A stretch of DNA of 64,000 nt. Source: an uncultured delta proteobacterium (GTDB lineage: Bacteria > Myxococcota_A > UBA9160 > UBA4427). A model generated the notes under the pieces. The model saw only the letters and a list, made by a program, of their open reading frames with translations, did no database searches and was not told where the DNA came from. The stretch is from positions 256,001-320,000 of the forward strand of contig CAWGJT010000010.1 in the NCBI GenBank assembly GCA_963822965.1, given 5' to 3'. The position numbers were made by a program, and so were the translations under genes. Position 1 is the first letter of the stretch, and the number at the start of each line of letters is the position of its first letter. Below, piece after piece: positions 18,477 to 30,066 of the stretch.

Positions 18477-19256
18477 TTAGCGGCGGCGGGCCCGCAGCAG
18501 GCCGCAGGGGATGCTCACCGACGCCACGGCGCCGGGCCCGGCCACGATCTCGAACTCGCGTCGGAGATCGGCGTGCGCGTTCTCGAACAGGAAGCGCAGG
18601 TGCGCCACCGCGGTGGGCGGCGTGCCGATGCGGGCGACCCAGCCGTCGAAGTCCTGTTCCAGCGGGAAGCGTCCCAGTACCTCGGAATCGAAGCCGGCTT
18701 CGTCGAGGATCCGCTGCCACTGGGAGCGCGAGTAGTTGCGGACGTGGGAAGGGTCGCGCAGCAGCTCGAACGCGTTGAAGAAGGTGTCGGCGGAGGCGTC
18801 CTCGGGCGCCATCGAGTCGACCAGCAGCAGGCGGCCTCCCGGCTTCAGGACCCGCGCCGCCTCCCGGGCGAAGAGCACCACGTCCTGGAAGTGGTGCGCG
18901 CACAGCCGCGAGGTCACGAAGTCGAACGAGGCATCGGGGTAGGGCAGAGCCTCGGCGTCGCCCAGCTGGCAGTGGATGTTCGCGAGACCGCGCTCCCGCG
19001 CACCGCGCGCCACCTGGTCGAGCATCTCCTGGGTCAGGTCGAGCGCCTCGACCTGCGCGATGCGGCGGGCGAAGGCGAACGCGGTGTGTCCGGCGCCGGT
19101 CCCCACGTCCAGCAGGCGACCGTCGGCCCGTTCCGGGGCCAGGCCGGAGGCGGCGAGCATCGCCTCGAGGTCGGGTCCTCCCACGTGCACGGTGCTGGTC
19201 GCGTAGCTCGCGGCGGCGGCGCCGAACTGCTGTCGCACGCTGGTCTTGACGTCCAT
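18477..19256 (-). CDS. Class I SAM-dependent methyltransferase (YafE/YcgJ-like)
   Basis: LLDVGTGAGHT, GDAEALPY, ARVLKPGG, RDPSHVR. Confidence 0.85.
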   Translation of the reverse strand: MDVKTSVRQQFGAAAASYATSTVHVGGPDLEAMLAASGLAPERADGRLLDVGTGAGHTAFAFARRIAQVEALDLTQEMLDQVARGARERGLANIHCQLGDAEALPYPDASFDFVTSRLCAHHFQDVVLFAREAARVLKPGGRLLLVDSMAPEDASADTFFNAFELLRDPSHVRNYSRSQWQRILDEAGFDSEVLGRFPLEQDFDGWVARIGTPPTAVAHLRFLFENAHADLRREFEIVAGPGAVASVSIPCGLLRARRR

Positions 19257-19331
19257 GGAGGATCTCCGGGGTGGCCCTGGCTCGGTCGGGTCATGCAGAT
19301 CGTCCGCATGTGATATTGTTTCGATCTGCCA

Positions 19332-19353
19332 TTATTTAACATACGTTAAATAA
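19332..19353. promoter_or_regulatory. Putative MarR operator
   Basis: Perfect AT-rich inverted repeat TTATTTAAC-ATAC-GTTAAATAA between the divergent methyltransferase and MarR genes. Confidence 0.7.
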
Positions 19354-19369
19354 AGCGCAACGGAGCTCC

Positions 19370-19834
19370 ATGACCCCGGTCGCGAACGAGAAGCGTCAGG
19401 CCATGTGGGCGGCCATCGAGCAGCTCGGCCGCCTGACGGACCTGACCGAGCGCCGCCGCCAGCAGCTCGCACGGACGGTCGGCCTGACCCCGCCCCAATG
19501 GCGGGTGCTCGAGGAGATCGCCCGCGAGGACTTCATGCCGTCCCTGTTCGCGCGCTCCCAGGCCTGCGCGCCGGCGGCGGTCTCCCGCACCCTTCGGCAG
19601 CTGCTCGATCGCGGCCTGGTGGCGGTGCGGATCGCGCCGGAGGATGCCCGGCGCCGTAGCTATGCGCTGACCGACGAAGGGGCGCGGGTGATCCGGGAGC
19701 TCCGGCGGGCGCGCGAGCGCGCCGTCGAGGCCGTCTGGAGCAGCCTGCCGCGAGCGGATCTGGAGCGATTCGCCGGCTTCTCGAGCGAGCTGGCCGACCG
19801 ACTGGAGGCCTGGGCGGCCCGCGAGACGGGCTGA
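19370..19834 (+). CDS. MarR family transcriptional regulator
   Basis: GLTPPQWRVL, AVSRTLRQLLDRGLV, EDARRRSYALTDEG winged HTH. Confidence 0.9.
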   Translation: MTPVANEKRQAMWAAIEQLGRLTDLTERRRQQLARTVGLTPPQWRVLEEIAREDFMPSLFARSQACAPAAVSRTLRQLLDRGLVAVRIAPEDARRRSYALTDEGARVIRELRRARERAVEAVWSSLPRADLERFAGFSSELADRLEAWAARETG

Positions 19835-19855
19835 CCGCGGGGGCGACCCGGCGGG

Positions 19856-19869
19856 TGGAACGTGTTTCA
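19856..19869. promoter_or_regulatory. KstR-type operator box 1
   Basis: TGGAACGTGTTTCA matches TnnAACnnGTTnnA; upstream of the TetR gene. Confidence 0.8.
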
Positions 19870-19877
19870 TTCGCGAC

Positions 19878-19891
19878 TGAAACGTGTTTCA
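19878..19891. promoter_or_regulatory. KstR-type operator box 2
   Basis: TGAAACGTGTTTCA, 22 bp offset from box 1. Confidence 0.8.
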
Positions 19892-19922
19892 ATACGGCCC
19901 GGATCGGAATTCCGAGAGACCC

Positions 19923-20552
19923 ATGGAAGAGCGCGCGCGACGCATCGTGGAGACCGCCGTGGAGCTGGCGGAGAAGGGCGGCTTCGAGGCCGTGAGGCTC
20001 CGGGACGTGGCGGCGCACGCCGGCGTGGCGCTCGGGACCCTCTATCGTCGCTTCCGCAGCAAGGAAGACCTGCTGATCGCGGCGCTGGAGCTCGAGACCG
20101 GGGATCTCGAGCGGCGCTTCGCCCAGCGCCCGCCTCGGGGCGGGACGGCCACCGAGCGCGCGGCGGCGTTCTTCGGGATGGCGACGCGCGGCCTGGTGCG
20201 GCGGCCGAACCTGGCGCGCGCGCTGCTCAAGGCCGCCGCCTGCGGCGAGCCGCAGCTCGCGAAGCGCACGGCGGCCTTTCATGGCCGCATGGAGGACATG
20301 GTGGTGGCCGCCATGCGGGGGCCCGACGGCGCCGCGGCCGGGGCCGGCGAGCCGTCCCCCGACGAGCGGTGGCTGGCCCACTCGCTCACCCTGGTGTGGT
20401 TCTCGCTGCTGGTGGGCTGGTCGGGCGGTCTGCACGGCCAGGCGGTGGTGATCGACGAGATGAGTGACTGCGTCGAGCTGATGCTGCTGGGGGTCGCGCA
20501 GCGCCGACGGCAGGGCCAGCAGCCGGAAGAGGAGCGAGGGAAGCTTCGATGA
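19923..20552 (+). CDS. kstR: TetR family repressor, KstR-like
   Basis: RRIVETAVELAEKGGFEAVRLRDVAAHAGVALGTLYRRFRSK resembles the mycobacterial KstR HTH as I recall it; sits at the head of the sterol cluster. Confidence 0.75.
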   Translation: MEERARRIVETAVELAEKGGFEAVRLRDVAAHAGVALGTLYRRFRSKEDLLIAALELETGDLERRFAQRPPRGGTATERAAAFFGMATRGLVRRPNLARALLKAAACGEPQLAKRTAAFHGRMEDMVVAAMRGPDGAAAGAGEPSPDERWLAHSLTLVWFSLLVGWSGGLHGQAVVIDEMSDCVELMLLGVAQRRRQGQQPEEERGKLR

Positions 20553-20589
20553 GCGGGACGAAACGCCGCGGGCGCGTCGGGCTCGGCGC

Positions 20590-21601
20590 ATGAGCGTCCA
20601 GGGTCGGGAGCGCGAGGCGCTCGAGAAGAAGATCCAGGGCTTCGTCGGGCTGGAGATCGGTGCGCCGGACGTGGCGAAGGACGCCGTCAACGAGGCGATG
20701 ATCCGCCACTGGTGCGACGCCATGGGCGACGCCAATCCGATCTACACGGACGCCGAGGCCGCAGCCCGGAGCGTCCACGGCGGGCTCGTCGCGCCGCCCA
20801 CCATGATGCAGGCCTGGATCCTCCACGGCCTCGACATGGCGCTCGGCTGAGGACGACCCGAACGACAAGCAGAAGGTGCTGCACCGCATCCTGAGCGAAG
20901 CCGGCTACACCGGGCGTGGTCGCGACGGACTGCGAGCAGGAGTACCACCGCTACCTGCGTCCGGGAGACCGCGTCACCGGGGTGACGGTCATCGAGTCGA
21001 TCTCCGAGCAGAAGGCCACGGCGCTCGGGCATCGGCTACTTCATCGACACGCGCACCACCTTCCGCGACCAGGACGGTCGGGAGGTGGGCTGGATGATCT
21101 TCCGCGTGCTCAAGTACGCCCCTGCGGAGCAGGCGCAGCCGGCCGAACCGGCGGCCGCCGGCGCCGCCCCGGCCGCCCCGCGCCGCCTGCGGCCCGCCCT
21201 GGGCCACGACAACGCCTGGTGGTGGGACGGCGTCGCCCGTGGCGAGATCCTGATCCAGCGCTGCGCGGCTGCGGAGAGCTGCGCCATCCGCCGCGCCCCA
21301 TGTGCCCGAACTGCCAGAGCACGTCATGGGACTTCGTGGCCAGCGCCGGAGCGGGCACCGTGCTACAGCTACGTGGTGATCCACTACCCCGAGGTGCCGG
21401 GCTACGAGTATCCCCTGGTGGTCGCCGTGGTGGACCTCGAGGAGGGCACGCGGCTGGTGGCGAACGTCGATGGGCTGCGCGCCCGACGACGTCCACATCG
21501 GCATGGCCGTGCAGGCCTTCGTCGAGGACGTCGACGACGAGCTGAAGCTGCCGATCTTCCGCCCGGCGGGCGATCCGGACGCGAGGAGCAAGGCGCGATG
21601 A
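20590..21601 (+). CDS. chsH2: MaoC-like hydratase + DUF35 OB-fold fusion (ChsH2-like), multiple frameshifts
   Basis: VNEAMIRHWCDAMGDANPIY, APPTMMQAW, VVATDCEQEYHRYLRPGD, DNAWWWDG, LRHPPRPMCPNC, DLEEGTRLVAN pieces across frames. Confidence 0.75.
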
Positions 21602-22030
21602 GCGATTCCCATCCCTCCCCGCGGCTCTCGGACGTGAAGGTCGGCGATGCGCTGCCGGAGCTGTCGATTCCCGCTCTCGGCCTCGCTGATCGTCGCCGGC
21701 GCCCTGGCGTCGCGCGACTACACCCCGGTGCATCACGACAAGGCGGCCGCCCAGGCCACCGGCATGCAGGACGTGTTCATGAACATCCTCACCACCAACG
21801 GCTTCGTGGGCCGCTACGTGACGGACTGGGCCGGACCCGACGCGGTGATCCGGCGGGTGGCGATCCGTCTCGGCACGCCCAACCTGCCCGGCGACACCAT
21901 GAAGATGACCGGGACGGTGGCGGAGAAGGACGAGGCGAGCGGCGTCGTCGTCCTGGAAGTGGTCGGCCGGAACGCCTGGGGCCACCACGTCACCGGCAAG
22001 GTGACGGTCGCCCTGCCGGTGGGAGCCTGA
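21598..22030 (+). CDS. chsH1: MaoC family hydratase (ChsH1-like), frameshift near 21672
   Basis: VGDALPELSIP / IVAGALASRDYTPVHHD, DVFMNILTTNGFVGRYVTDWAGP. Confidence 0.8.
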
Positions 22031-22033
22031 GCC

Positions 22034-24402
<2,369 letters not shown>

Positions 24403-24438
24403 GCCGGCGCGGCGGCTCGAGCGACGGAGACAGCGAAA

Positions 24439-25353
24439 ATGTCGGTATTGGAAGGCAAGGTTGCGGTCGTGACGGGCGCGGCCAACGGGCTCGGACGTGC
24501 GGAGGCGATCTACCTGGCGAGCCAGGGCGCGCGCGTGGTCGTCAGCGACATCGGCGCCAATCGCGACGGCGCCGGCCGCACCGCCGACGCCGCCCAGGCC
24601 GTCGTCGACCAGATCGTGAAGGACGGCGGCGAGGCGGTGGCCCACTGCGGCGACGTCGCGGACTGGAACGACTCGAAGGCCATGATCCAGAAGGCCCTCG
24701 ACACCTGGGGCGACCTGCACATCCTGGTGAACAACGCGGGCTTCCTGCGGGACAAGACCGTCTTCGGGATGACCGAGGAGGACTGGGACGCGGTCATCCG
24801 CGTGCACCTCAAGGGCCACTTCTGCGGCATCCGCCACGCCACCGAGTACTGGCGCAACCAGTCGAAGGCGAAGGGCGAGCCCGTCTACGGCCGCATCGTC
24901 AGCACCGCCTCGGAGGCGGCGCTCTTCTCGCCCATCGGACAGCCCAACTACGCGGCGGCCAAGAGCGGCATCATCGCGCTGACGAACTCGGCCGCCCAGG
25001 CGTGTGTGCGCTACGGGGTCACCGCGAACACGATCATGCCGCGGGCGCGCACGCGGATGGTCGCCGTGGGCGCCCTGGAGGCGGCGTTCGCGAAGCCGGA
25101 GGAGGGCTTCGACACCTTCTCGCCCGACAACGTGACGCCCCTCGTGGGCTACCTCGCCTCGCCGGATGCGGCGAGCATCTCCGGCAACGTCTTCATCATC
25201 TGGGGACAGTCGGTCACCGTGGTGCAGGCGCCGTCGACGGACGTCTCCTACCAGACCGAGGGGAGCTGGTCCCACGAGAGCATCGGGGGCGCCCTCGCGA
25301 AGCACTTCGACGGCAAGCCCGTCCTCGAGGAGACCTTCTACAACAAGCCGTAG
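24439..25353 (+). CDS. SDR hydroxyacyl-CoA dehydrogenase (Hsd4A-like)
   Basis: TGAANGLG, NNAGFLRD, VHLKGHF, YGRIVSTASEA, GQPNYAAAK, PRARTRM. Confidence 0.8.
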   Translation: MSVLEGKVAVVTGAANGLGRAEAIYLASQGARVVVSDIGANRDGAGRTADAAQAVVDQIVKDGGEAVAHCGDVADWNDSKAMIQKALDTWGDLHILVNNAGFLRDKTVFGMTEEDWDAVIRVHLKGHFCGIRHATEYWRNQSKAKGEPVYGRIVSTASEAALFSPIGQPNYAAAKSGIIALTNSAAQACVRYGVTANTIMPRARTRMVAVGALEAAFAKPEEGFDTFSPDNVTPLVGYLASPDAASISGNVFIIWGQSVTVVQAPSTDVSYQTEGSWSHESIGGALAKHFDGKPVLEETFYNKP

Positions 25354-25431
25354 GAGCCCGCGCCGGACGAGCAGGAGCCCGCGCCGGACGAGCGGGAACG
25401 GCCGAAGCGTGAGCCGGGCCGCGGGCCCGCC

Positions 25432-26574
25432 TCACGCCGGCGTCGGGATCCCCCGCGCGGCGATCCGGCTTCCCAGCCGCTGCAGCTGCTCCGACGCGCA
25501 GCCCAGGCTGTGCTCGATCTGGCTCGACCAGATGAAGTAGCGGTGCAGCGGGTAGTCGACGTCGATGCCGATCCCGCCGTGCAGGTGCTGGCACGCGTAG
25601 GCGTTGAACTGACCGCCCTCGGACGCCCAGTACTTGGCGACGGCGACGGCGTCGTCCACGTGGGGGCCCGACTCGTCGCCGGCGAGCAGGAGCGCCGCTT
25701 CGAGGAACGTGAGACGGACGGCTTCCATCTGGATGAAGGCGTCTCCCGCTCGCTGGTGTACGGCCTGGAAGCTGCCGATGGGGCGATCGAACTGCACCCG
25801 CTCCCGGGCGTACTGGGCGGTCATCTCGAGCGCGCGCTCTCCGACGCCGAGCTGCAGCGCGCAGAGGCCGACGGTGGCGCGGTCGGCGAGCCACCGGAGC
25901 GCGGCGGTGCCTTTGCCGCTTGCGGCAAGGCGGTCCGTGCCGGGGACGAGGGCGTCCTCGAGGACGAGATGCGCGTAGGGCTGCCGGTCGGTCGCCGTCT
26001 GGGCCACGACGCGGACGCCCGGTGCCTTCGGGTCCAGCAGGAAGAGGGCGACGTCGTCCCCCAGCCGCGCCGGCACCACGATGCGCTCGGCCAGGGTCCC
26101 CGCCGGCACGACGCTCTTCTCGCCGCGCAGGCGGAAGCCGTCGCCGTCGGCCGTGGCGACGGTCCGTACGTCGGTGACGTCGGCCGCCTCGAGCTCCACG
26201 AGGGCGCCGCTCAGCACGACCTCGCCCGCGGCCACGCGGGGCAGCCAGGCCCGCTTCTGCTCGTCGCTGCCGAAGGCCGCGATGGGAAGGGCGCCGAGCA
26301 GCGCCGTGGCGTAGACGGGAACCGGAGCCACGGCGCGCCCGATCTCCTGCAGCAGCAGACAGAGCTCGAAGAAGCCGAACCCGCTTCCCCCGTAGGCCTC
26401 GTCGACGGCGATCCCCAGCAGGTTCGAGTGCGAGAGCTCGCCCCACAGATCCTCGTCGAACACCGGGCTCTTCGCCTCGATGTCCTTCAGCCGTTCGTTG
26501 GTGGCGAGGTCGCCCAGGATCTTGCGGGCCAGCTCGCGAAGCTCGTTCTGTTCGTCGGAAAAGGAGAAGTCCAT
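25432..26574 (-). CDS. Acyl-CoA dehydrogenase, beta-type subunit (FadE27/FadE28-like)
   Basis: MDFSFSDEQ, RVQFDRPIGSFQAV, HLHGGIGIDVDYPLHRY. Confidence 0.85.
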   Translation of the reverse strand: MDFSFSDEQNELRELARKILGDLATNERLKDIEAKSPVFDEDLWGELSHSNLLGIAVDEAYGGSGFGFFELCLLLQEIGRAVAPVPVYATALLGALPIAAFGSDEQKRAWLPRVAAGEVVLSGALVELEAADVTDVRTVATADGDGFRLRGEKSVVPAGTLAERIVVPARLGDDVALFLLDPKAPGVRVVAQTATDRQPYAHLVLEDALVPGTDRLAASGKGTAALRWLADRATVGLCALQLGVGERALEMTAQYARERVQFDRPIGSFQAVHQRAGDAFIQMEAVRLTFLEAALLLAGDESGPHVDDAVAVAKYWASEGGQFNAYACQHLHGGIGIDVDYPLHRYFIWSSQIEHSLGCASEQLQRLGSRIAARGIPTPA

Positions 26575-26644
26575 GCCAGGCCTCGTGTTCTCGGAGCGGC
26601 GCTCCGGAGGAGGGGGATCGCGGCGCTCGTCTCGCGCCGTTGGA

Positions 26645-27823
26645 TCAGCCCGTCTTGTAGTGCGGCAGCCCGAGTCCGGCCATCGCGATGATGTCGCGCT
26701 GCACCTCGTTGGTGCCGCCGCCGAACGTGAGGATCAGCGCGTTGCGGTAGCTGCGGTCCACGCGTCCCTTGAGGACCGCCCCGGGCGAATCGTCGAGCAG
26801 GCTCGCCCGGGCGCCGAGCACTTCGAGCAGCGTGCGGTAGCCCTCGATGTAGAACTCGCTGCCGAAGACCTTGATGCACGACGAGTCGGCGGGATGCAGC
26901 TGGCCCTGGGTCGACGCCCAGGCCTGCTTCCAGTTCATGAGCCGCAGCACGGCGAGCTTCGAGAAGACCCGCGCGAGGTTGCTCTGCACCCACGGCAGGT
27001 CGATGACCTTGCCGTCGCCGAGCCGGGTCGTGCGCGCCCACTGGCTCACCTCGGTGAGGAGCCGGTGAAGGGGCCCCACGTTCATGAGCGAGACGCGCTC
27101 GTGGTTCAGCTGCCCGGTGATCAGCGACCAGCCGTTGTTCTCGCCGCCGATCAGGGCGTCGAGGGGAACCCGCACGTCGTCGTAGAAGGTGGCGTTCGTT
27201 CGTACGCCGCCCACGGTGGTGATGGGTGAGATCTTGAAGCCCGGCGCGGTGACCGGCACGAGGAACATGGAGATGCCCTTGTGCTTCTTCGTGTGGGGGT
27301 CCGTCCGAGCGGCCAGCCAGATGTAGTCGGCGTAGTCGGCGAGACTCGTCCACATCTTCTGGCCGTTGATGACCCACTCGTCGTCGATCCGCACGGCGCT
27401 GGTCTTCAGGCCCGCGAGGTCGGTGCCGGCCCCGGGCTCGGAGTAGCCGATGGCGAAGTGCAGCTCGCCGGCGAGGATCTTCGGCAGGAAGAAGCGCTTC
27501 TGCGCCTCGTTCCCGAAGCGCATGATGGTGGGACCCACGGTGCCCAGGGTGAGGAAGGGCAGGGGGAAGCCCGCCCGCTGCACCTCGTCGGCGAAGAGGT
27601 ACTGGTCGATCAGGGAGCGGCCCTGGCCGCCGTACTCCTTGGGCCACCCGACGCCGAGCAGGCCGTCCGAGCCCATCTGCCGGAGGGCCTTGCGGTAGCG
27701 GGGGCCGCCTCCCTCCCCACCGCTCTGCAGCTCCTGGGCGAGCTCGTCGGTCATCATCTCGTCGAAGTAGGCGCGGATCTCCTGCTGGAACTTCTTCTGC
27801 TCGGGGGTGAAGTGGAGGTGCAT
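26645..27823 (-). CDS. Acyl-CoA dehydrogenase, alpha-type subunit (FadE26/FadE29-like)
   Basis: GWPKEYGGQG, IGYSEPGAGTDLA, NGQKMWTS, QLNHERV, TFGGGTNEVQRDII. Confidence 0.85.
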   Translation of the reverse strand: MHLHFTPEQKKFQQEIRAYFDEMMTDELAQELQSGGEGGGPRYRKALRQMGSDGLLGVGWPKEYGGQGRSLIDQYLFADEVQRAGFPLPFLTLGTVGPTIMRFGNEAQKRFFLPKILAGELHFAIGYSEPGAGTDLAGLKTSAVRIDDEWVINGQKMWTSLADYADYIWLAARTDPHTKKHKGISMFLVPVTAPGFKISPITTVGGVRTNATFYDDVRVPLDALIGGENNGWSLITGQLNHERVSLMNVGPLHRLLTEVSQWARTTRLGDGKVIDLPWVQSNLARVFSKLAVLRLMNWKQAWASTQGQLHPADSSCIKVFGSEFYIEGYRTLLEVLGARASLLDDSPGAVLKGRVDRSYRNALILTFGGGTNEVQRDIIAMAGLGLPHYKTG

Positions 27824-27883
27824 GGTTCGCTCCGTCGCGGCAGGCGTGATCCGCGCGAGCGGGGCACGGCGGGTCAGGCGGAT

Positions 27884-27897
27884 TGGAACACGTTCTA
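27884..27897. promoter_or_regulatory. KstR-type operator box 3
   Basis: TGGAACACGTTCTA between the divergent acyl-CoA dehydrogenase and ferredoxin genes. Confidence 0.8.
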
Positions 27898-28093
27898 GCC
27901 GGGCCCATTCTGCCGCGCCGGGGGGTAGGTGTCCACTGAACGGCCTTCGACGCGAGGCGACCTGCGGACGGATGCGATAACGTCGCCAGCAACGAGCAGA
28001 CGAGCGGGGCGACCCGCTGGCGACCCGCAGACACGCAGATCCGCAGACCCGCAGACCCGCAAAGGGACGAGGACGAGGAGAGAGGAAGGGCTG

Positions 28094-28282
28094 ATGAAGA
28101 TCGTCGTCGACTACGACTTGTGTGAGGCGAACGCCCTGTGCATGGAGGCCGCGCCCGAGGTCTTTCGCGTCGAGGAAGACGACACCCTCACCGTGCTGAT
28201 CGAAGAGCCGGGAGAGGAGCTGCGGGCCAAGGTGGAAGAGGCGGCACGGCTCTGCCCCCGCCAGGCCATCACCATCGCCTGA
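28094..28282 (+). CDS. Single-cluster ferredoxin (FdxD-like)
   Basis: MKIVVDYDLCEANALCMEAAPEVF...CPRQAI; purine-rich RBS. Confidence 0.9.
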   Translation: MKIVVDYDLCEANALCMEAAPEVFRVEEDDTLTVLIEEPGEELRAKVEEAARLCPRQAITIA

Positions 28283-28339
28283 GCTTGCGGCGCCGCCTGA
28301 GCTTGCGGCGCCGCCTGAGCCTGCGGCGCTCGCCTGAGC
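28277..28339. repeat. 18-bp tandem repeat (about 3.5 copies) starting at the ferredoxin last codon and stop
   Basis: gcctgagcttgcggcgcc units. Confidence 0.85.
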
Positions 28340-28421
28340 GTCCGGCTGCGTCCTCCGGGCCCCGGGTCCGGGTCGTTGCGCCGCCGCCTTTCCGGGGCGC
28401 GCCCGGGCCGTGCGGACCCGC

Positions 28422-29972
28422 TCAGATCTGGGATCTTCCTTCCCAGTACGGGTCGCGGAGCTTCCGCTTGTAGAGCTTGCCGTTGGGGTCTCGCGGCAGC
28501 TCGGGCAGGTAGTCGATGCTCTTCGGCGTCTTGTAGCGGGCAAGTCTCGAGGCGGCCCACTCCAGGATCTCCCGCGTGAGGGCTTCGCCCCCTTCGATCC
28601 CGTCCACGGGCTCGATCACGGCCTTCACCTCCTCGCCCCAGTCGTCGTTGGGGATCCCGAAGACGGCCACGTCCGCGATCTTGGGGTGTTGCATGAGCTC
28701 CGCCTCGATCTCCGCCGGATAGATGTTGGCGCCGCCGGAGATGATCATGTCGGCCTTGCGATCGCGCAGGTAGAGGTAGCCCTCGTCGTCCATCTCCCCG
28801 ACGTCGCCCACCGTGAAGAAGTTGTCGATGCGGTTCTCGCGGGTCTTCTGCTTGGCGTCCTTGTACTCGAAGTCCGCCTGTCCGAGCTTCATGTAGACGG
28901 TGCCGATGTGGCCCGGCCCGAGGATGTTCCGGTTCTCGTCGTAGATCCGGATCTCCGCGTTGGGCCAGGGCCGGCCGACGGTGCCCGGGTGCTTCTTCCA
29001 CTCGTCGGGCTTGGCCAGGGTGCCGCCGCCCTCGGTGGCCGCGTAGTACTCGTAGATCGTGTCTCCCCACCACTCGAGCATCTTCCACTTGGTCTCGACG
29101 GGGCAGGGGGCCGCCGCGTGGACCATGGCGCGCAGCGAGCTCACGTCGTACTTGCGGCGCACCTCCTCGGGAAGCTGCAGCAGGCGGTGGAACTGGGTCG
29201 GCACCATGTGGCTGTGGGTGACCTGGTACTTGTCGATCAGCCGCAGCATCTCCTCGGGCGTCCACTTGTCCATCAGCACCACCGCGTGCCCCATGTGGAA
29301 GGAGGCCGAGCTGAAGACCAGCACCGCCGTGTGGTAGAGGGGCGAGCCGCAGATGTGGACGTTGTCGTCCTCGGGCTTCAGGTCGAACATGGAGAGGAAG
29401 CCCGTCGTCATGGTGCCCACGAGGTCGGGTGAGATGTCGGCCAGCGGTCGCCGCACGCCCTTGGGTCGCCCGGTGGTGCCCGAGGTGTAGTTCATCACCT
29501 GCCCGGCGGTGCGGTTCTCTGGAAGCGTGGTGGGCTGCCCCGCCTTCAGCTCCTCGAAGGGCCGGAAGCCCGGGACCTCGCCCACCGCGAAGAGCGAGGT
29601 CGCGGGCATGGCGGCCTCCTGCGCGGCGGCGCGAGCAGCTCTCGGCGAAGCGCTCGGAAGCCGACGAACACCTTGGCCTCGCTGTCCTGGCAGGATGTAG
29701 GCGATCTCGGGGCCCGTCAGGTGGTGGTTGATCGGGGTCAGGTACATGCCGGGCTGCGTGATCGCGAGGTGCAGCTGGAAGAACTCGGCGCAGTTGGGCA
29801 GCACGGCGGCGACGCAGTCCCCCTTGCCGAGCCCGAGGGCGCGCAGCCCGTGGCTGATGCGGTTCGCCTCGGCGAGCAGCTCGCCGCGCGTCCACTCGCG
29901 GCCGTCCGGCGCCGCGAGGGCGAAGGCGTCCGGGTTGGCTTGCGCGAGGGTCCAGAATCCGAGCTCGGCCAT
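28422..29972 (-). CDS. Acyl-CoA synthetase (AMP-forming), short out-of-frame patch near 29630-29690
   Basis: YTSGTTGRPKG, YEYYAATE, TVGDVG, RDRKADMIISGG, PNGKLYK. Confidence 0.9.
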   Translation of the reverse strand: MAELGFWTLAQANPDAFALAAPDGREWTRGELLAEANRISHGLRALGLGKGDCVAAVLPNCAEFFQLHLAITQPGMYLTPINHHLTGPEIAYILPGQRGQGVRRLPSASPRAARAAAQEAAMPATSLFAVGEVPGFRPFEELKAGQPTTLPENRTAGQVMNYTSGTTGRPKGVRRPLADISPDLVGTMTTGFLSMFDLKPEDDNVHICGSPLYHTAVLVFSSASFHMGHAVVLMDKWTPEEMLRLIDKYQVTHSHMVPTQFHRLLQLPEEVRRKYDVSSLRAMVHAAAPCPVETKWKMLEWWGDTIYEYYAATEGGGTLAKPDEWKKHPGTVGRPWPNAEIRIYDENRNILGPGHIGTVYMKLGQADFEYKDAKQKTRENRIDNFFTVGDVGEMDDEGYLYLRDRKADMIISGGANIYPAEIEAELMQHPKIADVAVFGIPNDDWGEEVKAVIEPVDGIEGGEALTREILEWAASRLARYKTPKSIDYLPELPRDPNGKLYKRKLRDPYWEGRSQI

Positions 29973-30021
29973 CGGGGGTCTCCTGTCTCGAGTGGGCGCG
30001 CGAGCCGCGCGGGTCGGAAAC

Positions 30022-30035
30022 TAGAACACGTTGCA
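30022..30035. promoter_or_regulatory. KstR-type operator box 4
   Basis: TAGAACACGTTGCA between the divergent acyl-CoA synthetase and thioesterase genes. Confidence 0.8.
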
Positions 30036-30066
30036 GTGCGGCTCGCAAGACCCGTATGCTGCGGGC

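Noticed and set aside
19959..19971. 13-bp match (gtggagctggcgg) to the tRNA-Ala 3' region as an att site bounding the sterol cluster
   Set aside because: Lies inside the kstR coding sequence (common V-E-L-A codons), short and GC-rich, and no integrase is present
20848..20850. In-frame TGA in chsH2 as a selenocysteine codon
   Set aside because: The homologous sequence continues in another frame, so it is an indel rather than read-through
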